A DNA stretch of 64,000 nt. Origin: an uncultured Planctomycetia bacterium (GTDB lineage: Bacteria > Omnitrophota > Gorgyraeia > 1-14-0-20-64-10). The stretch lies in the NCBI GenBank assembly GCA_964373715.1, contig CAYJVR010000004.1, forward strand, positions 25,255 through 89,254, given 5' to 3'. Under the pieces are notes generated by a model, which was not told the DNA's origin, did not search any database, and was given only the letters and a program-made list of their open reading frames with translations. The position numbers and the translations under genes were made by a program. Each line of letters opens with the position of its first letter. The first letter of the stretch is position 1. This document shows positions 1-9,618 of the stretch, piece after piece.

Positions 1-3000
1 TGTCCTGAACCTTCGCCTCTTCGAGGCCGGCGGTGACGATCAGGAACGGCTCTTCGTACGGCCCGGTGGCCTTCAGCCACTGGCCGCTCCGGGGATCGCG
101 AACCTGCGTCGTGAGAACGTACTCGGCAATCCGGCTTGGCGCTGGAAATTCAGCGTAAAACAGGCGGGACCCTTCGGGAAGGACCGCGTAAAGGCGCATC
201 GGCACGTTCACCGGCTTGTCCGGCTCCTCAACCTGCCAGAAAGTGGTCTGCACCTCCGCCTCGCCGTTCGAAACGGATGAGGGCACAACCTCCGCCCAGA
301 CCTGCACCTTGTCGCCAGGAACCCGGATCACCTTCTGCCGGACGCCGTGCTCACTACCACGCAGAGGCCGCATCTTGAGGATTCTTGGCTCAACGGTCCT
401 TTCGAAAGTGGTCCGGGTCCTCTTGCCCTGAGGATCATTGATGACTTTCTGGACGCGCGCATTGGTCGCCTGCGCTATTTCTCCGGCGTTGGCCAGCAAA
501 GCCTCGACGGTGACCGGCTGCCGGTCACGCCACTTTTCGCCGAGCGCGTTGCCGGGAGGGGTGCTTCTAAAAGAGTTATCCAGCGCCATCCAATCCTGGT
601 ACATCACCAGCATGTGGTCCGCGGCGCTCCGAGTCAGCTTCATCAGCGAGGCGTCAAGAATCGCGGTGGCACGCGCTATCAGATTGCCTGCAGGGTACTG
701 AAACGAAGGGACTCTCAACTCTGCCCCAAGCACATGCTCCACCCGCTGAAGCTGTTCGCGGGTCGCACGGCTCTCCTGCTCCATCTCCAGGATATGGCCC
801 AACAACGTCGGTCCGTCATGGGTGCCGGTGAAGCCGTAGCTGTTTTCGGGATGCTCCAGAGTGCTCCAGAATCCGGGGTAGAAATTCGACATGCCGTACA
901 GCAGCAGGCGGATGCGCGGCAGCGCCAGTTCGTACCGGATCCTGGTGGCCGTGTCGAAAGCAGGGGCCCCTTCCGGGAAAGTCTCCGGGACAACCTCTCC
1001 CAAATGGTCAAACGTGACGATCTTCTGGAACTTTTGCATGAAGTCATGGCCCGGACCATCCACATACTGGGCATCGAGCATCCTCATAATCAGGTGAATC
1101 CAGATCTCGAGGTCTCCCCTGTCCCGGCCCTCGGGATCGGTCTTCATCAGGAATTCCCGCTCGAGTTTCTCCCTCGTGTTGGCGTCGGAAAGGGTCGGGG
1201 TTACCTGCTGCCATCCCCTTTGGGTCAGTGTGCCCATTCCGCGCAGGTCCGCGTAGGTCCCATCAAGAAGGATGAAACCAGTGGATTGGTACCTTGGCTC
1301 GTTCGGTCCCCAGACCAAGCGCCCCTGCTGGCGGATCACGGCGACAACCCCGTTGGCGAAAGAAGCCCGGTCGAAGAGAGGCTCATTAGGAGTCGGCGCG
1401 GCCGGCAGGGGGTAAAGCCTCTCGTCCATGATCGCCTGCCGTATCTTCTGCTCGAATTCCGCCCGGTTCTGGACCGGGGTTAAGGGAAAGGGTTCTCCCG
1501 GATATTTGGCGTCCCACGCGCTCTTCAACCGCTGGAACAGGTCCCTCAGCGGGATGTTGGGGTTGCCGCCGGTCCACTTGGCCACGTCGGTCGTAGCCGG
1601 GATCCGGAAATAGGTGCCGTAGCCGACCCAGTAGTCGGCCCGCACGTCGTCGAAAAGACCCGCGTACCGGCGGACACGGGCCATGTGGAGCGGATACCCC
1701 AGCCCCTTCTGCCCCGCCCAATCGTATGTCGGCGATCCGAAATCCTGGCCAACAACCGAATAGACGTCCACCGCCGCCCCCGACACGCCGTTGGCATCCG
1801 ACGCCTCCTGGAACATCCAGGCGGCGTCCCCATCCACGTAATGGGGCATGTCCCCCATGATGCGGATGCCCTTCTGATGGGCACGGTAAAGAAGGGCTTT
1901 CCACTGTTCATCCCAGACGAACTGGACGTACTCGTAGAATTGAACTTCGTCCGTGTGCTCCCGGCGCCATTTATCAATAGCCGCCGGATCCCGACGCTTA
2001 AGATCTTCATTCTTCCATTTCTTCCACCCCTCCCGCTCGGCGCCCGCGATTGTCATGAACGACGTGTAGCCGTTGAGCCAATAGGCTTCCTTTTCGCGAA
2101 ATTCATTGAAGGCCCGGGTCCTCGCCTCGTCTTTGTTCAGCACATTGTCCCGAAAATAGCGGTAGGCGGACCGGAGCACGTCCAGCTTGCCGCGCATCAC
2201 CGGTGGGTAGTCCACCTTCGGCTGGCCGCGCAACTTCGAGGCAGTGTTCGCAATGTAGGTATCGTACATCTGGCGCGCGTCGGCCGACGCCGTGACCTCC
2301 GAAACTCGCCGCAGCCCGATGAAGTTGATGTTGCCCGCAAACGCGGAGCGGGTGAGATACGGGGAGGGGTCCAGGTCGTCCAGGTCCCAGACCGGCATCA
2401 CGTACAGCTGCTGCATGCCCTGGCCGGCCATCCAGTCAATCAGTTTCTCGGTGGCGGGCATGTCCCCGATCCCTTCATCCTCTTCGGAGCGGACCGAGTA
2501 CATCGGCGTAATGTGCCCGACTTTCCGGGCTGCGATGCTTTGAGGATAAGCTTCCGTCGGCACGCCGATCTCCCTGGCAATCTGGAGCAGTTGTTCCACC
2601 TGGTCCGGAGAAACGATCGTCTTCAGCAGAGAACCCAAACTGTCAAAATAACGGCCGGAAGGACTGTTTGGCTGGTAAGCCCACCGGTAAGCGGCCCATT
2701 CAACCAGAAGTTCCCTGGCGAACTGGTCCACCTGGGCGGGGGTAGTCTGCGCGGCGGCAACGAGCGCGTTGAGGCGGGCCTTCAGCAGCGGCGGAACCGG
2801 GCCGAGCGTGCTAGTCTCCCCATCCAGTGTCAGCGTGTGATGAAGGACCAGATGGGCCTCCTCGCGCAATTCCTCGTCTGTGATGAGACTGATCGTTTTG
2901 CCGATCACCTCTTCCAATCCGGGAAGCGAGGGGGGCTTCCCGACCCGCGAAATACGGTCCAAAAGAACCGGATAGGGAAGGAAGGGTTCGGGTTGGGAAA

Positions 3001-3190
3001 CAGGATTCCCGGTCAATCGGCTTAACGTCCGGGTCAGCGGCCCCTTTCCGGAGACGAGCAGCGCATCCCGCAAATCGGCCGCCTGCTCCGGCGCCTCCGG
3101 CTGGCTGGGACGTAAAGCCCAGGCCTGAGGGGGCAGAAAAAGGGAGATTGTTAAGAAAAGTGCCGTCAATTGGGACAATAATCTTCTCAT
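1..3190 (-). CDS. GH77-like 4-alpha-glucanotransferase (amylomaltase) domain protein with N-terminal hydrophobic leader and extra N-terminal region; 3'-partial, C-terminus lies beyond the window start
   Basis: Reverse-strand frame is open from ATG (3190..3188) to position 1, and no stop-terminated minus ORF is listed here. Translation contains amylomaltase signature blocks: FREKEAYWLNGYTSFMTI, QWKALLYRAHQKGIRIMGDMPHYV (compare Thermus GIRIIGDMPIFV), DVRADYWVGYGTYFRIPA (compare VRIDHFRGFEAYWEIPA) and GFTGTHDGPT (compare YTGTHDNDT). N-terminus is MRRLLSQLTALFLTISLFLPPQAWALRP... with a GLEE motif near residue 95. The visible C-terminal end is ...TAGLEEAKVQD. Confidence 0.7.
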   Translation of the reverse strand, partial: MRRLLSQLTALFLTISLFLPPQAWALRPSQPEAPEQAADLRDALLVSGKGPLTRTLSRLTGNPVSQPEPFLPYPVLLDRISRVGKPPSLPGLEEVIGKTISLITDEELREEAHLVLHHTLTLDGETSTLGPVPPLLKARLNALVAAAQTTPAQVDQFARELLVEWAAYRWAYQPNSPSGRYFDSLGSLLKTIVSPDQVEQLLQIAREIGVPTEAYPQSIAARKVGHITPMYSVRSEEDEGIGDMPATEKLIDWMAGQGMQQLYVMPVWDLDDLDPSPYLTRSAFAGNINFIGLRRVSEVTASADARQMYDTYIANTASKLRGQPKVDYPPVMRGKLDVLRSAYRYFRDNVLNKDEARTRAFNEFREKEAYWLNGYTSFMTIAGAEREGWKKWKNEDLKRRDPAAIDKWRREHTDEVQFYEYVQFVWDEQWKALLYRAHQKGIRIMGDMPHYVDGDAAWMFQEASDANGVSGAAVDVYSVVGQDFGSPTYDWAGQKGLGYPLHMARVRRYAGLFDDVRADYWVGYGTYFRIPATTDVAKWTGGNPNIPLRDLFQRLKSAWDAKYPGEPFPLTPVQNRAEFEQKIRQAIMDERLYPLPAAPTPNEPLFDRASFANGVVAVIRQQGRLVWGPNEPRYQSTGFILLDGTYADLRGMGTLTQRGWQQVTPTLSDANTREKLEREFLMKTDPEGRDRGDLEIWIHLIMRMLDAQYVDGPGHDFMQKFQKIVTFDHLGEVVPETFPEGAPAFDTATRIRYELALPRIRLLLYGMSNFYPGFWSTLEHPENSYGFTGTHDGPTLLGHILEMEQESRATREQLQRVEHVLGAELRVPSFQYPAGNLIARATAILDASLMKLTRSAADHMLVMYQDWMALDNSFRSTPPGNALGEKWRDRQPVTVEALLANAGEIAQATNARVQKVINDPQGKRTRTTFERTVEPRILKMRPLRGSEHGVRQKVIRVPGDKVQVWAEVVPSSVSNGEAEVQTTFWQVEEPDKPVNVPMRLYAVLPEGSRLFYAEFPAPSRIAEYVLTTQVRDPRSGQWLKATGPYEEPFLIVTAGLEEAKVQD

Positions 3191-3696
3191 TTAATTAATG
3201 TTCCTGGGGTTGTTCGTTCTAGGCTTCTCGGATTGGAGTCTTGTTAATTATACCTGGTTTTAGATATTTGTTCAAGTCGCGCACAAAATTCTCTGTAACT
3301 TATTTAAATTAAATATCTTATGTATTTATAGTTTTGTGTTAATTAACGACTCTCCTCCTCCCGGAATCGCAAAATTATACCCTGCCTACCTTGATATTCC
3401 GGGCCGCCGTCAGGCATACTTGGGCTAGCAGTTCGGGATATCTGTATCCGTTAGCACATTCTCGATAAAGGCAAACCTCCGCCACAAGTCGTTGGCGGAC
3501 GCGCCAAGATGTGTGGCGCGCAGTGAAAGCTGGGGACGCAAAACCTCGGGCCCTCAAAGAAACGATGGAAAGGGCAGCCGGGTTACCGAAAGAGTGTTCA
3601 ATGGCTTTAAAGCCCGTTCAAAAGAAGCGGTATCGCCCGGTTTCCAAAGGGGAGATGCCGCTTTGCCGTTTTCTGCCCTTCCCCGGAGCAATCCAA

Positions 3697-4070
3697 TGAC
3701 GGCCTCGGCCTTGGCGGTCGCCCTCTTAAGCTTCATCGCCGTCTGTATGACCATCATGACTGTGCTTCTGCTGACGACCTACACAAGCATCCTGCGCGTG
3801 CTCCGGCAACTGCAGGAGATTCTGCCCACCTGCCAGAAGACCTTTCACGAGGCGCATCAGACCCTTCAACAGTCGAGGCAGATCCTCACCCGGGCCAACC
3901 GGGCCAGCGAAGAGGTCGAGCAGGTCGTCCATAAAACCTGCCGCATCGCTTCCGAGGCGGCGGATCAACTCCTCTTTTTTAAGAAGAAGGCGGCTTCTTT
4001 TATCAACCGCCTTGGAATCGGGAACGGAAATGGCAACGGGGCAGGACGCGCGTCTCGCCGTCATTATTGA
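3697..4070 (+). CDS. small membrane protein (one TM helix plus coiled-coil region), C-terminal GNGNGNG tail
   Basis: Listed ORF 3492..4070; its upstream part looks non-coding, so I take the internal start MTASALAVALLSFIAVCMTIMTVLLLT. Hydrophobic N-terminus followed by a Q/E-rich helical segment. Confidence 0.45.
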
Positions 4071-4099
4071 TGAATTGAATAATCCAGGAGGATTTCTCA

Positions 4100-4461
4100 T
4101 GGGAAAGAATAAAATCAAAAAAGCGGCTTCAAAAGGAGCAAAGCCCTCATCCCGCCGCAGAGAGTGGGTGAAAACAGCTGGCGTATTCGCCTTAGGGGCG
4201 GCTGCCGGGAGCGCCGTCGCCCTGTTGACCGCGCCCGCTTCGGGCAAAGTCACCCGCAAGCGGATCGGAATAACGATCCGCTCGCTCAAGAACGCCACGG
4301 GACGCCAGCTGAAGCAGGCGAAGAAGCTTCTCTCCCGGAAAGCCGACGTTCTCCGCGGCGCCGCTGCGGAAAAACTCGGCCACACGAGAGAGTGGTTGTC
4401 GGAGCGAATCGCGACCAACGGCAACGGGAAGCATTCCCGCCGGGTGGTCGCTCACTCCTAA
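4100..4461 (+). CDS. YtxH-like membrane protein
   Basis: ATG preceded by AGGAGG at about 4085..4090. TM helix followed by LLTAPASGKVTRKRIG, resembling the YtxH APxSGKExR motif. Ends ...ATNGNGKHSRRVVAHS. Confidence 0.5.
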
Positions 4462-4481
4462 TCTACACCGAGTTGTTCCAC

Positions 4482-4521
4482 AAAAACGGTAGCCGGAGAA
4501 AAGGCTGCCGTTTTTGTTTTT
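4482..4521. terminator. bidirectional rho-independent terminator between convergent genes
   Basis: aaaaa-ACGGTAGCC-ggagaaaa-GGCTGCCGT-ttttgttttt: a 9-bp stem (one G-U pair) flanked by an A-run and a T-run, located between the 4100..4461 (+) and 4554..6053 (-) stops. Confidence 0.6.
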
Positions 4522-4553
4522 AAAGGAAATCCATTCGGTCAGGGAACCGGCTG

Positions 4554-6053
4554 TTACAGCGCGAGCCGTTTCAAGAAATTCTTCGCGGGAGGGAACCCCG
4601 GGTCGATTTTGAGGGCCCGGTGGTAAGCCTCGGCTGCCTCTTCCCGTTTTCCCGATTTTTCGAGCACCATACCGAGCGCCGTGTGCGCTTTCGCCTTGAG
4701 GTTTTCCGGAGCCGACCGAACCGCTTCCCTGGCCTGCCCGGCCGCTTCCTCCAACCGTCCTTCATGATAGAGCGCGAAAACCAAGTTGAGCCGGGCCCGG
4801 CTGTTCCCGGGGCGGTGCATAACGGTGTGTTCCAGCACGGCGATCTCCGTGGCGTAAAGGGCATTCTGCCGGACCGTCAAAAATCCGAAACAGAGAACCG
4901 CCGCACCAAGAAGACCCGGCGCGGCGTATTTCCGGACGGCGGAGGACGGAACCCTCCGAAGCAGTTCCCATCCGGCCAGCACCGCCGCCGTGAGAACGGC
5001 GCACAGAGGCATGTACATCCGGAATTCCGCGGCAACCTCGGACGGGATCGGAACGAAACTGGAGGTGGGAGCCAGGATAAAAAAGAACCAGACGCCTAGC
5101 ATGCCGGCCGGCTTGTTTTTCAGCGTCAACCAGAGAGTGGCCGCCAGCCCGCACAGCACGATTGAGGCCGGGACGATCACCTCGGAGAGTGTCCTGGCAA
5201 TCGGCCAGTCAAAATAATCGATCACGAGAGGATCCGGCCAAAAAACCAGTCGGAGATAATGGAGGATCACCCCCGATTGGGTGAGCAGGTAATCCCACGC
5301 GGTCACGTCCGACAACAAGTTGAACCCGACTGACTTGCCCCGCGGACCGCTCGCCACGATGAAAATCATGATCCCTAAGGTAACGGCCAACCCGCGGTAA
5401 AAAGCGGGCCGGCGCCGGAGGGCTTCCCGCCATGACCCGCTGAAAAATGCCCTGTCATAGAGAAAGACGATGAGCGGGGCGGACACCATGACCTCCTTGC
5501 TGATCATACCGAGCGCGCAGGCAAGAACAGCGGCGGCCTCCCAACCGGGCGCTTTCCCCGACCTAAAAACCCGGAGTGAACAATAGAGGGTAGCCAGATA
5601 AAAAAATCCCATGAGGAGTTCCGAGCGGGCGGACAAATAGGTAACGGCACCGACCGTCAATGGGTGAACCACCCATAACAGCGAGACCGCGAAAGCCAGC
5701 ACGGAGGAAGTCGCGCCGTACCGCCGCTCAAGAGGAGAACTTTGGAAGATCTGCCTGAGAATAGCAAACAGCAGCAGCCCGCACAGCAGGTGGAGAATAA
5801 TGTTCAGAACATGGTACCCCGGCCCCTTGAGGCCGTGCAGCGCGTAATTCAGCGCGAAAGAGAACGCGACAGCGGGCCTTCCGGAAAGACCCCTCTCCGG
5901 CGGACAATCGAAAATAAAGGCCGGCGGCCAGAGATGGCGGACAGCCGGGTTATTGGCAATCGAAGCGAAATCGTCGAACACGAACACCCCGGACAGGCTA
6001 TTGAGGTAAACGGCACCGCCGACAGCGATAATAATCCAGGGGAAAATGCTCAC
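4554..6053 (-). CDS. TPR-repeat integral membrane protein, TMTC/DUF1736-like (putative GT-C type protein O-mannosyltransferase-like)
   Basis: 499 aa. N-terminal FVFDDFASIANNP motif typical of TMTC/DUF1736 proteins, multiple TM segments, C-terminal TPR repeats (...EEAAEAYHRALKIDPGF...). Confidence 0.6.
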   Translation of the reverse strand: MSIFPWIIIAVGGAVYLNSLSGVFVFDDFASIANNPAVRHLWPPAFIFDCPPERGLSGRPAVAFSFALNYALHGLKGPGYHVLNIILHLLCGLLLFAILRQIFQSSPLERRYGATSSVLAFAVSLLWVVHPLTVGAVTYLSARSELLMGFFYLATLYCSLRVFRSGKAPGWEAAAVLACALGMISKEVMVSAPLIVFLYDRAFFSGSWREALRRRPAFYRGLAVTLGIMIFIVASGPRGKSVGFNLLSDVTAWDYLLTQSGVILHYLRLVFWPDPLVIDYFDWPIARTLSEVIVPASIVLCGLAATLWLTLKNKPAGMLGVWFFFILAPTSSFVPIPSEVAAEFRMYMPLCAVLTAAVLAGWELLRRVPSSAVRKYAAPGLLGAAVLCFGFLTVRQNALYATEIAVLEHTVMHRPGNSRARLNLVFALYHEGRLEEAAGQAREAVRSAPENLKAKAHTALGMVLEKSGKREEAAEAYHRALKIDPGFPPAKNFLKRLAL

Positions 6054-6087
6054 GCGCCCATTCTAACAAAACAGGGCTGACGTCCTC

Positions 6088-6963
6088 TTAAAAAGTAACC
6101 CGGCCCCGCTTAGCCCTTAACTCGTTCATCCCTTTTTGTTGTTGCTTCATCTCTCTCTGGAGCTGCTTTATCTGCCCGTTCAACTGTTCAATGTAGATGT
6201 GAGCTTTCTCCAGCTCCTCCAATATCCCGCGCTGCGAAGCGGCAATATCCACGAACTCTTGCCCGGACTCGTCGAATTGAATCTGAGGAACCGCCCTCAG
6301 ATGGCTGCTCTCCCACATAAAGGCCGCATGCTCCTCAATCGACTCCAGAACATAACCGGGTTGAAACACATAGTCGGCATGGAGCACTCCTCCGCGCTGG
6401 TAAATCGGCCCGTTCACATCCAGCTTGGCAGAGGGATGCGGGTTGGTCGTTCCGATCCCAACGTTGCCGGTGCTTGCTTTAATGACCAGGAGATTGGCTC
6501 CATTGTTGTAAAAAGAAAAATCCTCGTTATTCCCCGCCTGACCGGTTCCAACAAGCCATTTATCAACTCCTGCCGTAGCGAACCTCACTAAGGCAACATC
6601 TGACGTACGATCCCTGCTGAGTCTCAACGAGACAGAATCCGGAGAGTCGATGATGAACGCCGGGTTCCCCCTCGAATGGGCCGCCTCAATAGCGAGCATT
6701 GCCGTCGGATTTGTCGTCCCGATCCCAATCTCTCCGGAGACCGCGAATCGGCCGTTTGGAAAGGATTCGCCATGATGTCTGTAAGACGCCCCGATGGTGC
6801 CCTTATTGGAGTGGAACCGGTTGAAATCTCCGTCGGTGGCAGCTGGGGCCGGGTAATAGGTAACGAGCTCCACCGTCTCTGCCCACGCAAAGCTCACCAA
6901 GACACTGAGAAACAGCGCGCCGCCTATTGCATGTATCTTCCAAATCCGTCCCGTGCAAGCCAT
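6088..6963 (-). CDS. secreted tail-fibre-like repeat protein (GIGTTNP repeats) with C-terminal coiled coil
   Basis: 291 aa. Signal peptide ...LSVLVSFAWA/ETVELVTYYPAPA. Repeats SGEIGIGTTNPTAMLAI and GNVGIGTTNPHPSAKLDV. C-terminus IEQLNGQIKQLQREMKQQQ is coiled-coil. N-terminus is paralogous to the 62695..64000 protein. Confidence 0.6.
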   Translation of the reverse strand: MACTGRIWKIHAIGGALFLSVLVSFAWAETVELVTYYPAPAATDGDFNRFHSNKGTIGASYRHHGESFPNGRFAVSGEIGIGTTNPTAMLAIEAAHSRGNPAFIIDSPDSVSLRLSRDRTSDVALVRFATAGVDKWLVGTGQAGNNEDFSFYNNGANLLVIKASTGNVGIGTTNPHPSAKLDVNGPIYQRGGVLHADYVFQPGYVLESIEEHAAFMWESSHLRAVPQIQFDESGQEFVDIAASQRGILEELEKAHIYIEQLNGQIKQLQREMKQQQKGMNELRAKRGRVTF

Positions 6964-7211
6964 TCTCTTTATCTAACCTATTCAAGTCCTTTCTTCATGT
7001 ATTTCTACTATCCAATATCTAAGTTTACTCGACCGAGAGATAAACTTAGCTCGGCGCCGCTAAAAAATCTCTTAGCCTCACACGGTGTCTTAACCGTAAA
7101 TGCCATTTTGATAAAAACAGTGCCGTGACCCCGAAGAGCCGACTGAATTCATCTAACCCGATCCGATTTGATTTACCCGCCGCCGAAAACCGGCAGTGGC
7201 CGAGTTTGAGT

Positions 7212-7418
7212 GTCATTGCGAGGAGGCCCAAAGGGCCGACGCGGCAATCTCATGCAAAATTTAATTACGGTTAGCCAGTTCGCGTGTTTGCCGGTTTGCC
7301 AGTTAACTCGAAAACTGGCTAACCCGCTAACCGGCCAACGCTCTGTTTCAAAATGAGCTGGCGCTCGTTGCTGAAGCTCCTCGCAATGACGATTTTTCCC
7401 TGTCATTACGAGGAGGCC
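7212..7418. repeat. MITE-like composite: 12-15 bp terminal inverted repeats (gtcattgcgagg / cctcgcaatgac) enclosing a dispersed-repeat copy, plus a third direct copy
   Basis: gtcattgcgaggaggcc at 7212..7228; exact reverse complement cctcgcaatgac at 7379..7390; direct copy gtcattacgaggaggcc at 7402..7418. Hairpin ggccc-aaa-gggcc at 7226..7238. Confidence 0.45.
7268..7348. repeat. dispersed intergenic repeat, copy A (GTTAGC/GTTTGC/GTTAAC word-rich element)
   Basis: cggttagccagtt...aacccgctaaccggccaacgctctgttt. Shares blocks and the 3' end (cccgctaaccgg...ccaacg-tct-tt) with 56910..57011, and in inverted orientation with 58070..58165. Confidence 0.5.
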
Positions 7419-7451
7419 AAAACTGTTTAACCAGAAATCTTTGTTTCATAC

Positions 7452-8978
7452 CTATACCCGCGTGGTTCTGTCCAAACTCCGGTACTGGACCGCCTCCGCC
7501 ACGTGTTCCGGGCCAATCTCCTGCGAGCCGGCCAAGTCGGCGATCGTGCGGGATATCTTCAGTACCTTGTCGTAGGCCCGGGCGGAAAGCCGGATGACCT
7601 GGATCGCGCGGCGGATGAGCTCCTTGCCGTCCGGATCCAGGCGGCAGTAACGTCTCGTCTGTTTGTGGTTCATCCGGGCGTTGCAGAAGAGGGGCCCCTC
7701 CTGTTTGAACCGCTCCCTCTGCCGCGCGCGGGCCTGCTCAATCCTGGCCCGGATGGCGCTGGAGGCCTCCCCCTGCTCCTCGGAGGTCAGCTCCGACATC
7801 GTCAAGGCCGGCACCTCGACATGGAGGTCAATCCGGTCCAGGATCGGCCCGGACACCTTGGCCCGGTATTTCTGGATCTGCGCCGGCATGCAGACGCAGG
7901 CACGTGCGGCATCCCCCAAGAAACCGCAGGGACACGGATTCATCGAGGCGACAAGCACAAACTGGGCCGGGAAGGTGAGTGTCCCCTGCGCGCGGGTGAT
8001 CGTGACAAACCCCTCTTCAAGCGGCTGTCTTAAAGACTCCAGAGAAGAGCGGCTGAATTCCGGCAATTCGTCCAGGAAAAGGACGCCGTGGTGGGCCAAA
8101 GAGATCTCCCCCGGTTTCGGGTTGGACCCTCCCCCCACGAGCCCGACGTCGGAAACGGTGTGGTGGGGAGACCGGAAAGGCCTGCGGTTAAGCAGGGGCC
8201 GCTCAGGGGAAAGCAGCCCCATCACGCTGTAGATCTGGGCCGTCTGGAGGGACTCTTGGAGGGAAAGCGGCGGCATGATGGTCGGGATTCTCCGGGCAAG
8301 CATCGTTTTGCCCGCGCCGGGCGGCCCAAGCAGAAGCAGGTTGTGCCCCCCGGCAGCGGCCACCTCAACAGCCCTTCTGGCTAGAGGCTGTCCTTTAATA
8401 TCGGAGAAATCCGCCCCGTCCTCCTCCGGCTCGTCGGAAAGCAGAAAGGGTGCCCCCTGCAATGCCATAATCTTCTCCTGCCCTCGGAGAAAAGCGATCG
8501 CCTGATGGAGGTGCTCCAGAGGATAAACAGTCGCCGAAGAGACCATGGCCGCTTCCGGCGCGTTGGCGGCCGGCACAAGAAACCTCCTGTTTTTCAAACC
8601 GAGTGTTATAGGAAGGATCCCGGGCACCGGCCTGATCGTTCCATCCAGCGCCAGTTCCCCTACAATCACCGTGCCGTCAAGGGCCGCCTGGTCCAACTGG
8701 TTCGAAGCGGCTAAAAGCCCCAAAGCAATCGGCAGATCGAAGGCGGAACCTTCCTTCTTCACATCGGCCGGAGCCAAATTAACGGTGATCCGGCTCTGCG
8801 GCCAGGCATACTGGGTATTTTTAATGGCCGAGCGGATCCTCTCTTTGGATTCCTTGACGGTGGCGTCCGGAAGCCCGACGATCGAAACGGAGGGTAAGCC
8901 GTCGCTCACATCCACCTCCACCGTCACCGGGACAGCGGAGAGTCCGACCACCGCGGCGGAATGCACTTTCGCAAGCAT
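7452..8978 (-). CDS. comM: YifB/ComM family Mg-chelatase-like AAA+ ATPase
   Basis: 508 aa. N-terminal Lon-like domain (MLAKVHSAAVVGLSAVPVTVEVDVSDGLPSVSIVGLPD), Walker A LLLGPPGAGKTMLARR, C-terminal Mg-chelatase region. Confidence 0.85.
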   Translation of the reverse strand: MLAKVHSAAVVGLSAVPVTVEVDVSDGLPSVSIVGLPDATVKESKERIRSAIKNTQYAWPQSRITVNLAPADVKKEGSAFDLPIALGLLAASNQLDQAALDGTVIVGELALDGTIRPVPGILPITLGLKNRRFLVPAANAPEAAMVSSATVYPLEHLHQAIAFLRGQEKIMALQGAPFLLSDEPEEDGADFSDIKGQPLARRAVEVAAAGGHNLLLLGPPGAGKTMLARRIPTIMPPLSLQESLQTAQIYSVMGLLSPERPLLNRRPFRSPHHTVSDVGLVGGGSNPKPGEISLAHHGVLFLDELPEFSRSSLESLRQPLEEGFVTITRAQGTLTFPAQFVLVASMNPCPCGFLGDAARACVCMPAQIQKYRAKVSGPILDRIDLHVEVPALTMSELTSEEQGEASSAIRARIEQARARQRERFKQEGPLFCNARMNHKQTRRYCRLDPDGKELIRRAIQVIRLSARAYDKVLKISRTIADLAGSQEIGPEHVAEAVQYRSLDRTTRV

Positions 8979-8986
8979 GCCGCCAC

Positions 8987-9526
8987 CTACTCCGGATGAA
9001 ACCCGATTCGCCGGCGCGGCCGCGTCGGCGGCGTCATCAGCTGCCGGATCGCATCAAAAACTATTTTGAATCGAGCGTCGTATTTCTGCTCCAAGGCCTC
9101 TAGCCTTCGGGCTAAATCTTTGTGAGCAGTAAGTATCTCTCGAAGCTTCACGAAGGCACGCATGATTGCGATGTTAACCAACACCGCCCGTTTGCTGTGG
9201 AGCACGCTGGAAAGCATGGCTATTCCCTCTTGGGTAAAGACGTAGGGGAGATGCCCTCCCAGGTGCTTCCTGGAAGGTATCGCATTTTGCGATACCACAA
9301 TTTCCACTTCGTTCTCCGTAAGCTGAAACATAAAATCTGCGGGGAACCGTTCGATGTTCCTTTTCACCTGCTCCCTCAATCGGATCGCTTTAACTCCGTA
9401 AAGCTCCGCCAGGTCGGAATCCAGCATTACCTTATGCCCCCGAATAAAGAGGATGCGGCACTGCACACGCTCCACTGCGGGATTCTTGTGACGAGGTCTG
9501 GTAGTCATTCGGCAGTTAGAATACAC
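8987..9526 (-). CDS. ORF6N (KilA-N-like) domain DNA-binding protein
   Basis: IRGHKVMLDSDLAELYGVKAIRLREQVKRNIERFPADFMFQLTENE is the classic ORF6N signature. The alternative start MTTRPRHK at 9508 is possible. Confidence 0.7.
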   Translation of the reverse strand: MYSNCRMTTRPRHKNPAVERVQCRILFIRGHKVMLDSDLAELYGVKAIRLREQVKRNIERFPADFMFQLTENEVEIVVSQNAIPSRKHLGGHLPYVFTQEGIAMLSSVLHSKRAVLVNIAIMRAFVKLREILTAHKDLARRLEALEQKYDARFKIVFDAIRQLMTPPTRPRRRIGFHPE

Positions 9527-9618
9527 AATCAGATTAAATAAATCAATAATTTATTTGTATATTATGCAATATACATAGAAAATAGAAGCGGGCTTCTTTC
9601 CTCGGAAATCCGTTTGTT

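Noticed and set aside
347-3025. Long plus-strand ORFs (347..1483, 1685..3025) inside the first 3 kb
   Set aside because: They are antisense shadow ORFs of the minus-strand GH77 gene, as is typical of high-GC DNA. Their translations are Arg/Pro/Gly-rich with no motifs, whereas the minus frame gives clean amylomaltase signatures.
3492-3696. Upstream extension of the small membrane-protein ORF (listed start 3492)
   Set aside because: The N-terminal 68 residues are Arg/Gly-rich and non-protein-like. The hydrophobic helix begins at the internal Met at 3697.
9584-9597. Short hairpin agaag-cggg-cttct downstream of the 1445-aa gene as a terminator
   Set aside because: It has only a 5-bp stem and a weak T-tract. 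It is a plausible but unconvincing intrinsic terminator, so I did not list it as a feature.
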